Shown here piece by piece: positions 20,001 through 26,034 of a DNA stretch of 64,000 bases. The notes under the pieces are model-generated. The model had not been told where the DNA came from. It was given only the letters and a program-made list of their open reading frames with translations, and did not search any database. Every line of letters begins with the position of its first letter. Position 1 is the stretch's first letter. The stretch lies in NCBI GenBank assembly GCA_964634875.1, contig CAZWKA010000003.1, positions 85,928 through 149,927 of the forward strand, given 5' to 3'. This DNA comes from an uncultured Gammaproteobacteria bacterium. GTDB taxonomy: Bacteria; Patescibacteriota; Patescibacteriia; Magasanikbacterales; GWA2-37-8. The position numbers were made by a program, and so were the translations under genes.

Positions 20001-20675
20001 ACGGTTGTGGCTGCGTTCCATCCGCAAAAAGAACATGATTGGGGAGTTGATTCAAAAGCAGAAGCTCCGGTTGAAGCCCGTGCTCCTCGTGTTAGTTCCC
20101 GCGCCCTAGAAACTGCAGCTGGTTCAGAAGCTGCCCAGGGTGGATGGGGGATGGATGCGCAAACAGCGGAAAGGAATTTGAGTAGAATGGAAGCGGCTCT
20201 CGAGCGTTCGATTAATGGAGTTGACCTTACCGGCGCCGGTTTTTCCAAGAATCGTATTATGGATGCTTTTGCGGCTTGGCGTGACCGGGTGAGCGGTGCG
20301 ATTGAAGATGGAAAGCCGCTTGATGCGGGAGTTAAGGCCAGTGCCACCGAAGCACTGCAACGGTTTAATGTTTCTAGTAAAGATACTGAAGCTCTTGGGT
20401 TTGCGATTTTTGATGCTGATCCTAAGCTGCATAGTGTCGCACGAGAAATTAGTTTGATTATGGCACCTAAAGATCCTAATGTGGGTTTTGCGGCTAATGG
20501 TAGCCGCGGGGTCTGTGTCTTTGACCGGTCAGCCGGTACTTGGCAGTTTTCGACCTATTCAGACAAGCTTTTCTCAATGAGCGGCGGAAGATTGGTTAAA
20601 GCTGACCTCCAGGGCAATATAGAAAAGGTCTATGAAGACCCCCAAGCCTTTTTAGAAGTTCAGCGAGAAGAGTAA
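17076..20675 (+). CDS. Giant protein (1199 aa) with tandem DARDTAPHTPVF repeats
   Basis: 3.6 kb ORF containing four to five peptide repeats and a Pro-rich spacer. Confidence 0.65.
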   Translation: MASPEKKLITPEFKLHVQLVKELNEGDRSDQHLQALFELNERFKSVKDVMKDLRRLLKEWGAIHDQKEGLPPRELNQAIAEYAKKVVALENELLELEAEEKEVEEAWWKEQQATIKSLVAQKDPRHTAKDIQKRRDLKNATFEALALFKKNQEGQASQSDLHEYGRFKRQVIDSLAELAPRVQTDELDEAVDARDTQPNPVVPDVASEPKPVDARDTAPHTPVMDDEPDARDTAPHTPVFNDTNPDARDTAPHTPVFDDPDARNTAPHTPVFAEPPAPPKKKGFWGRIKEVFSSKEVQKKAAKTILYDVPMRALGAKAVFDWIGASPLAAARVAEMVGGEKLKNKVKGYVGEGRGDVAAYYKGGREAEEELEQLQPQIDEVVLALGRDMKERRAQDTDAELRVQAKLDTLQHMIAGAKNIAPAERAVLFESLTDIVTSYGEAQKTAEAALLKKTQALLERHVRNQANKLALVRDGVNAILTAAGLPMVRAVAYAGMSAYEAVRRVSLERKGGAAGESKKDAAKRYASTVGTAARESFNALLFRGRKNEGSVAQRGIEGVAAWGQALSVFGISVQALDGHAPTSSEGFQSLINAIKERGAEGALDQMGSNIAQNADRVANIPATFARGVGHAYDAGHTAVDYVTGTSHDTSRLLDGAPEFSFNNFAQENHLSKPEGDFLAGLLKYPSLRNNPEVFQNILKLSDAGNHNGVAERILGDVKMYTFKAMVDAGAGKEELAGFVRDQHFSSRHLEHLKGVHLGSKPSAEKIAEALQAAMGKKSSGVYDVFKAKATSEYQHALAQKHGDHLRLRGNDLRLYGFDKDGNPILGGKGTATLLHRSGGSHGVLQAGKSSVSSAQAVEAYAKQLGYADPEAYEVYKDNDALDDAGDMSPPASWKLAGSSSAAESIRHLEEMFAMEDPQAYALYQAGKENGGLEDFDTSTLVASRTDMVPSSSGSVTAEAMQRAPAAEALRTTPRETVVAAFHPQKEHDWGVDSKAEAPVEARAPRVSSRALETAAGSEAAQGGWGMDAQTAERNLSRMEAALERSINGVDLTGAGFSKNRIMDAFAAWRDRVSGAIEDGKPLDAGVKASATEALQRFNVSSKDTEALGFAIFDADPKLHSVAREISLIMAPKDPNVGFAANGSRGVCVFDRSAGTWQFSTYSDKLFSMSGGRLVKADLQGNIEKVYEDPQAFLEVQREE
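17649..17895 (+). repeat. In-frame tandem repeat (about 39-45 nt unit) encoding DARDTAPHTPV(F/M)DD
   Basis: Repeated GATGCCCGTGA(T/C)ACTGCTCC(A/T)CA(C/T)ACACCAGT units are visible in the sequence. Confidence 0.7.
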
Positions 20676-20723
20676 GATTGATGGTTTTTATCGAATTAGC
20701 GCTCTTGCCCTCAGTATATATAA

Positions 20724-20762
20724 AAAACACCTTACCACCCTCGTGGAAGGTGTTTTTATTTT
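20724..20762. terminator. Bidirectional intrinsic terminator closing the long operon
   Basis: AAAAACACCTT-loop-AAGGTGTTTTT with flanking A and T tracts. Confidence 0.7.
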
Positions 20763-20853
20763 ATTTAGATCTGGTAAAGAGTTTGGGTGGGGTTGTGAAG
20801 TAGCAAAAAAAGCCTTATTTTAGCCAAAAAACTGTTTTTACGCGCTGCAGCCC

Positions 20854-20882
20854 TTGACAAAACCCAAAAAGTATGCTATAGT
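20854..20882 (+). promoter_or_regulatory. Near-consensus sigma70 promoter facing the GC-rich island
   Basis: TTGACA, 17 nt spacer, TATAGT. Confidence 0.55.
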
Positions 20883-20997
20883 ATGTCGTTACCTCAAAAA
20901 GAGACTAGTATACGTAAGAGAGACGTATCCTAGACACCGGCCCAAATTGATGCTATATCCTCTCTACACTTAGGGAGTTTTTTTAAAACCAACGCGT

Positions 20998-21165
20998 TCT
21001 TTACAATATCACACTATTCTACACTGCTTCTGAAAGAAGACAGGACATCTTTCTCTTGAATCTACTATAGATTGAAGAAAGAAACGCCCTGTCTTCGGAC
21101 AGCAAGCACCAACTTGATCCCCACGCCGGGGATTGCTACGGATCACTGAGACAAAGGAGCCGCCC
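20998..21165 (+). promoter_or_regulatory. Structured leader 1: TCTTTACAA box, then a long imperfect hairpin plus an ATCCCC/GGGGAT hairpin, then an SD
   Basis: AAGACAGGACAT...CCCTGTCTT hairpin. CTGTC-TTCG-GACAG tetraloop. CCCCACGCCGGGG hairpin. AGGAG SD 7 nt before the ATG. Confidence 0.5.
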
Positions 21166-21612
21166 ATGAACGCTTCCAAGATTGCCCTCGGTTTCGCCGC
21201 CCTCGCCATCGCCCTCAGCACCGGCTGCAGCGGCACCCCGTTCTCCGGCAGCAGCGGCATCGACGCCGGCCGCAGCCTCAGCCGGAGCACGACGACGGAG
21301 ATCGACACCACCACCACCGTCGTCGACGGTCCCGCCTTCACCAAGGCGGACAGGGCGCTCCTCGCCCGGCTGCGCACCACGGTCTACGGTGGGAAGAAGA
21401 CGGTCGGTCTCGTCCGCCGCGTCGACTACCTCGAGTACAGGACCGGGCACAAGGCCGACCTCGACGCCCTGGCCGAGATGGACGCGCGCACCAAGCTCGC
21501 CCAGATCGAGGCCCGCCGCGCCACCAAGGCCCCCAAGCTCGCCCAGAACGACGGCGGCACGGTCAACGTGCTCGTCCGCACCCCCGCGGACGCCACGGTC
21601 GAGAAGCGGTAG
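21166..21612 (+). CDS. Lipoprotein (148 aa), GC-rich
   Basis: Start MNASKIALGFAALAIALSTGCSG (lipobox) with a good SD. GC3-rich codons. The ORF-track start at 21133 is upstream of the SD. Confidence 0.6.
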   Translation: MNASKIALGFAALAIALSTGCSGTPFSGSSGIDAGRSLSRSTTTEIDTTTTVVDGPAFTKADRALLARLRTTVYGGKKTVGLVRRVDYLEYRTGHKADLDALAEMDARTKLAQIEARRATKAPKLAQNDGGTVNVLVRTPADATVEKR

Positions 21613-21793
21613 CTACGGCTGCCGTTGGTATAGGATAGTGTGAAGGTCGCCCGCGCATATTGGCGCGGGGGATCGAGCGACCGGGAGTCATACGTAGAGG
21701 TTGGCGATATAATCGCCGACCGCTCGAGACTCCTGGTCGACCTCGCTTTTTCTTCAGCATTACGATGATGCAGAAAAAGTGAGTGAAGTTGCT

Positions 21794-21924
21794 CTTTACA
21801 AACGCAAGACAGGACATTTTTAACTTCAATATCGTTGAAGTAAGAAACGCCCTGTCTTGCGAAAAACAGATTGGTCCCCACGCAGGGACTGTAACGGCTC
21901 ACTGACAGAATGAAGGAGTCCATC
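21794..21924 (+). promoter_or_regulatory. Structured leader 2, paralogous to leader 1
   Basis: Same TCTTTACAA box. AAGACAGGACAT...CCCTGTCTT stems with a different but still complementary inner hairpin. GTCCC/GGGAC hairpin. CACTGA and AAGGAG elements conserved. Confidence 0.5.
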
Positions 21925-22578
21925 ATGAAGGCCATCCGCACGCTCTCCCTCATCGCCGCCGCTCTCGTCCTCACCGCTGGCATCGCCCGCGCGGACGATG
22001 CGGGCATGAAGACCACGGTCATCAAGTGCACGAAGGCGGAGATCGCCGCCGGGACCTGCACGATCGACGTGACCCTGCCCACCCCGGCGCCCCCCGTCGT
22101 CGTGGCTCCCTCCGAGCCGCCCCCCCCGCCCCCCCCCCCCCCCCCCGGCGGGGGCCCCCCCCCGCCCCTCGGCGCCCCCCCCCCCCCCGCGCACCACCCC
22201 CCCCCGAGCCGCCCCCGCCGCCCCTCGCCCCGCCCCCGGTCGTCGTCACCCCCGAGCCGATCGTCGCCCCGCCCCGCCTCGCGAACAGCCCCGCCCTGCA
22301 GAAGGCCTTCACCCAGACGGCTGAGGAGCACAAGGGCCTCAGCCGCCAGGCCAAGCTCGGGATCGGCTTCGGTGTCGGCGGCGCGGTCCTCGCTGGTGTC
22401 GCGGTCGGCCTCATCGTGTGGCACGTCACCAACGACGGCCTCTACCAGATCAAGCCGCCGATCACCGTGGCGCCCAACGCCCTGACGAACCTCGGCAGCG
22501 GCCCCCTCCGGCTCTCCGGCGCGTCCGTCACCCCGATCCCCGGCGGTGCGGTTCTCTCCGCGGCTCTCGTCTTCTAGA
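21925..22578 (+). CDS. Signal-peptide, proline-rich, C-terminally membrane-anchored protein. The reading frame shifts within the poly-C tracts (frameshifted or phase-variable).
   Basis: Frame 1 (from 21925) encodes a signal peptide, a domain, then poly-Pro. A different frame (22026 track) carries poly-Pro, PPVVVTPEPIV, a TM helix (LGIGFGVGGAVLAGVAVGLIVW), and ends at 22578. The two frames are joined only through the C12-C17 homopolymers. Confidence 0.5.
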
Positions 22579-22694
22579 CCCCCTTCCTCACATGAGGAGC
22601 AGCTCCCGGTTCCTACCGGTCGAAGCTCGCTCCTCGCCCTTTCAACAACGATGAAACTTTCGTGGTTGTTGAAAGGGTTGAAAGACCCACAAGT

Positions 22695-22805
22695 TCTTTA
22701 CAACAGGTTCGGGAAATTTTAACTGCCTAAGTACTATAGGCAAGTGGAATGTCCCGAACCGACAATGTCCCAGCCTAAGAACTGGGCCAAAACCTGGAGA
22801 AGTGC
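22695..22805 (+). promoter_or_regulatory. Structured leader 3 (TCTTTACAA box plus GTTCGGGA...TCCCGAAC hairpin plus CCCAG/CTGGG hairpin)
   Basis: Shares the box and two-hairpin architecture with leaders 1 and 2. Contains AATGTCCC twice. Confidence 0.45.
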
Positions 22806-23795
22806 ATGAACACGATGACTCGCGGTTTGCTTGTCCTTTGTCTCGCCCTCGCCGCCGCGTGCGGCCCCGACCGCACCCTCTGCGCCCCGGGCGCCGAGGC
22901 GATCCTCGCCGTCGGCAACAACACCACCGATTCCCACGGCTTCCTCTGCGGCTGCGACAGCACCTCCGAGTGCGTCGCGGGCCAGCGGTGCGGGTGGTCC
23001 TCCGACTACAAGCGCAACGTCTGCTCCGACAACCTGCTCCAGTCCCTGCCCCCCGGGAGCAATCCCTGCAGCCTGAACAATGGCGGCTGCCGGTCGGACG
23101 AGACCTGCGTCTACAACACCGCCCTGAACTCGGTGTCCTGCACGCCGCCGCCCAAGCCCCAGTGCAACATCACCTGCGGCGCGGGCCAGAAGGCGGCCAC
23201 GAACGCCAACGGGGGCTGCTTCTGCGCCCCGACCTGCGAGGGCGTGGTGTGCGGCGCGGGCCAGACCTGCCAGCTCAACTTCGACCGCGGCCTGTGCGTG
23301 AGCAACTGCCGCGCCCCCTACGTCGAGTGCGGCGGATCCTGTGTCCTGACCCAGCTCAACAACAGCCACTGCGGCGGCTGCGGGAACATCTGCGGCCCCG
23401 GCTCGACCTGCCAGGGCGGCACCTGCCAGCAGATCCCGGCCCCCCAGGATGTGACCTGCCATGGGATGCGGTTCACGCTGGCCCAGGGCACGAACACGAA
23501 CACCACGGCGCGCGAGTGCCGCGGCTACGACATCCGCGGCGACCAGGCCTGGTCCATCGCCCCGCCGACCCCCGGCACCGAGACCAGCGCTCCCAACGGC
23601 ATCTGCGCCGCGACCTGCCTCTCGCAGGCCGGCACCGAGACGGTCGTCCCGGCCAACGGCAGCGCGATCTGGATCCCCGGTGGCAACCAGGACGTCCCGC
23701 GCTACACGCGCCCCGGCTGCCCGCGCCTCCGCTGGCACCCGGTCGGCGACCCCTTCGGCGCCGGCTTCGCGTGGGACGCCTTCTGCGAGCAGTAG
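22806..23795 (+). CDS. Cysteine-rich secreted lipoprotein with EGF-like and CxxGQxC repeats
   Basis: Signal peptide plus lipobox LAAAC. Repeated C-x-x-G-(A/Q)-G-Q-x-C units and a CSLNNGGCRSDETC EGF-like module. GC3-rich. The antisense 334 aa ORF is judged spurious. Confidence 0.65.
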   Translation: MNTMTRGLLVLCLALAAACGPDRTLCAPGAEAILAVGNNTTDSHGFLCGCDSTSECVAGQRCGWSSDYKRNVCSDNLLQSLPPGSNPCSLNNGGCRSDETCVYNTALNSVSCTPPPKPQCNITCGAGQKAATNANGGCFCAPTCEGVVCGAGQTCQLNFDRGLCVSNCRAPYVECGGSCVLTQLNNSHCGGCGNICGPGSTCQGGTCQQIPAPQDVTCHGMRFTLAQGTNTNTTARECRGYDIRGDQAWSIAPPTPGTETSAPNGICAATCLSQAGTETVVPANGSAIWIPGGNQDVPRYTRPGCPRLRWHPVGDPFGAGFAWDAFCEQ

Positions 23796-23833
23796 GCTCG
23801 ACCTAGCTCTCGGCTTCTAGCCGATTGAGCAAG

Positions 23834-23863
23834 GGGCGGGCACACTTCACCGTGTGCCCGCCC
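23834..23863 (+). terminator. GC-rich hairpin (12 bp perfect stem) ending the island
   Basis: GGGCGGGCACAC-ttcacc-GTGTGCCCGCCC. No T-tract follows. Confidence 0.45.
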
Positions 23864-24052
23864 GACCCCTTATCCTGATCATGAACAAAACGTTCGTGGC
23901 AAGAATAAGAGGAAAGAAAATAAAAAAATAATCTTTCAACAATTACTTCTGACGCAGAAATAGTTGTTGGCAGATTACGTACTTCGGTACTAATCCACCA
24001 ACCCAAAAATTCCGCCTATCTCTCTGGGTGGATTTTTGTTTATGGACCAGTA

Positions 24053-24084
24053 CTAAGCAAAGTAGGCAGAGTAAGCAGATTAAG
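24053..24084. repeat. Short palindromic repeat family, copy A (left arm flanking the 4HB gene)
   Basis: AGCAAAGTAGGCAGAGTAAGCAG. Inverted partner at 24463-24500. Related copies at 29411-29480 and 41377-41410. Confidence 0.7.
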
Positions 24085-24463
24085 TTTTGTTTTGTGGAAG
24101 ATAGCTTCTTTGTACTTGGATCCAGCGTGTGAGGAGTTTTCCGACTTCCTCGCAAAGTTGTAGGGCAGAATCGTGCTCTGCTTTTTTTATATATTCCAGA
24201 TCTTTGGCTAAAAGAAAGTGGTATTTTGTCTCTTCAAGAGATGCGTCAGCAATATTATAAAAATGAAGACTGTCGCGTAAATTTCTTCTTCTAAAACCCT
24301 CAACTATATTAGTAGGTACCGAAGCTGCAGACCGCCGCACTTGGCTAGTCAATCCAAATAATTCTGTTTTTGGGAAATCGCTAGTTAGTTTATAAACTAA
24401 AAGAACCAAGGTATGTGCTTTCTGCCAAACTTGTAAATCCCGAAAAATTTTGATTGTCGCCAT
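24080..24463 (-). CDS. Four-helix-bundle protein (TIGR02436 family; 23S-rRNA intervening-sequence protein / DGR Avd-like)
   Basis: Family signature ...LTSDFPKTELFGLTSQVRRSAASVPTNIVEGF... within a 127 aa protein. Confidence 0.8.
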   Translation of the reverse strand: MATIKIFRDLQVWQKAHTLVLLVYKLTSDFPKTELFGLTSQVRRSAASVPTNIVEGFRRRNLRDSLHFYNIADASLEETKYHFLLAKDLEYIKKAEHDSALQLCEEVGKLLTRWIQVQRSYLPQNKT

Positions 24464-24500
24464 ACTTACTCTGCTTAGAACTTACTCTGCTTACTTTGCT
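24463..24500. repeat. Short palindromic repeat family, copy A' (right arm, inverted; tandem CTTACTCTGCTTAG units)
   Basis: Its reverse complement is AGCAAAGTAAGCAGAGTAAG, matching the left arm with one mismatch. Confidence 0.7.
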
Positions 24501-25941
24501 GGCTAGCCGCCCAATACCCCCACACGGCCCAGAACCACCAGATGACTGGGGTGTGGTGGAGCATGTTGTCGGACAAGCTCATGATGAGATAGATAAGGAT
24601 GCTCAGAATGAACGAAAAATGGATCCAGCGTCCACTGAGGAGTGTTTTAAATTCGTGGTACATGAGGGTGACGAAGATGCAGAGATACAAGAAAAGCCCG
24701 ATCAGGCCGCTTTCAAAAGCGACTTTGAGATAGTCGTTGTGGGCTTCGGAAGTGTTGTCGAATAAATTTTCGACCCCTTTGTTATAGTCCCAGACTTTGC
24801 TAAATGAGCCATAGCCATAGCCAAGGTAGGGCCGGGCCTGGAAGAGGGGAATAATTTTATTAGCAATATCTGCGCGCCATTTGATGGAATCGGCATCTTC
24901 GTTGCGGCCGGTTAGGCGGCCAATGACACTATTTGATTGCAGGTTGATATTGTAGGTGTGGCCGACCCAGTTATTGATTGGGTAAAAGAGCGTATAAAAA
25001 AGTATGGCGCCACCCACCAGGTATAGGAATACTTTTTCGTAATAAAAAAAACAAATTGCCAGAATAAAAGCAGCCAGGCCGATCCAAGCTACGCGCGTAT
25101 AGGTAAAAACAATAATAAGCGTCAGGAAGGCAAAAGCAAGCGGTGTGTACGTATGCCAGTGTTCGGTGGTGCGCCCAGAGAACCGGCGGAAAAATTGGGC
25201 CACAGGATGGAGGAACTGGTCGACGAGGTTCCTTTTTTCAAAGCGTAGCTGGAACCGATAGGTATAATCCGCCAGTACAATGAACAAGACGACAGCGAAA
25301 GTGGCGAGGAGGTTCGGGTGGGCAAACGTGCCAAAAATACGGTTGGTTACGCCGTCGATGGTCATGCCGCCACCAGTAAGTAATTGGTAAAGAGCTAAGA
25401 GCAGTGGAAAACCGGCGGCAATAATCAGGCTTAGGTAAAAGGGCCAGACAAATTTGTCGCCTTCTTTGCGGCGCAGAATATTGCAGACGCCGAAAAGGGC
25501 AAAGAGATTGGCGGCTTTCAGTGTTTCGGTAACAGTAGAAGAAGGATCGAAACTATAAAGAAAGCTAAAACCGCACCAGGCAATGAAAATAAGCCAGGGG
25601 TAGCGGGCAGGAATCTGGTTCCAATAGCTCCGGTTCTTAATAAAAAAATAAACTGCCCAGCCCGCTAGAAGGAGTGAGATGGCTGCGTTGAGGTTAAAGG
25701 TGACGCTACCGAGGGTAAAGAAGGCATAGTCCCTCAGGCCGTCAATCGTAGGCCGAATCGCTAAGAACAAGAGGATGGCTCGCTCACCAAAAAGCTTGTG
25801 AAGGACAATGAGGGCAATGAGGAGAAACGCAAAGACATCGCCGCCGCTGGTTGGGTTAAAAACCGTAAAAGCAATCAGGCTAATGATGAGCCAGGCCCAC
25901 AAAGCAAAGGAATCACGCATAGTTGAGCGAAAAAACGCCAA
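24475..25941 (-). CDS. O-antigen ligase/polymerase-family (Wzy_C/WaaL-like) membrane protein
   Basis: At least ten TM helices. SEAHNDYLKVAFESGLIGL motif. A large periplasmic loop. Confidence 0.7.
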   Translation of the reverse strand: MAFFRSTMRDSFALWAWLIISLIAFTVFNPTSGGDVFAFLLIALIVLHKLFGERAILLFLAIRPTIDGLRDYAFFTLGSVTFNLNAAISLLLAGWAVYFFIKNRSYWNQIPARYPWLIFIAWCGFSFLYSFDPSSTVTETLKAANLFALFGVCNILRRKEGDKFVWPFYLSLIIAAGFPLLLALYQLLTGGGMTIDGVTNRIFGTFAHPNLLATFAVVLFIVLADYTYRFQLRFEKRNLVDQFLHPVAQFFRRFSGRTTEHWHTYTPLAFAFLTLIIVFTYTRVAWIGLAAFILAICFFYYEKVFLYLVGGAILFYTLFYPINNWVGHTYNINLQSNSVIGRLTGRNEDADSIKWRADIANKIIPLFQARPYLGYGYGSFSKVWDYNKGVENLFDNTSEAHNDYLKVAFESGLIGLFLYLCIFVTLMYHEFKTLLSGRWIHFSFILSILIYLIMSLSDNMLHHTPVIWWFWAVWGYWAASQQSKQSKF

Positions 25942-26034
25942 GAACAGTTGACAAAATCGTTCTTTTATGGTATACTCAGGCGTTGTTTAGTGATTTAAGT
26001 ATAGCACATTTTGTGGTATACTACAGCTATCTTT

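Larger units (their letters stand above)
20998..23863 (+). other. GC-rich (about 70%) three-cassette island encoding secreted/lipo-proteins, each with a paralogous structured leader
   Basis: Abrupt GC jump at each start codon. Three same-strand genes with signal peptides. Repeated TCTTTACAA-plus-hairpin leaders. A perfect 12 bp GC hairpin ends the island. Confidence 0.6.

Noticed and set aside
21426-22424. 332-aa minus-strand ORF (Gly/Ala/Arg-rich) antisense to island genes 1-2
   Set aside because: No start context or signal. Typical open antisense frame in 70% GC DNA. The plus-strand genes have an SD, signal peptides and lipoboxes.
20998-22805. Integron attC (59-be) sites between the island cassettes
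   Set aside because: The hairpins lie upstream of each ORF, including the first. They do not show the R''(RYYYAAC)...R'(GTTRRRY) arrangement, and no intI or attI is present. Leader 3's GTTCGGGA...TCCCGAAC is in the wrong order for a top-strand attC.
22734-23738. 334-aa minus-strand ORF, and the 22802-23806 and 22831-23076 plus-frame ORFs, overlapping the Cys-rich lipoprotein gene
   Set aside because: Low-complexity Ala/Arg/Pro translations of alternative frames in high-GC DNA. Only the 22806 frame has a signal peptide plus lipobox and structured Cys repeats.
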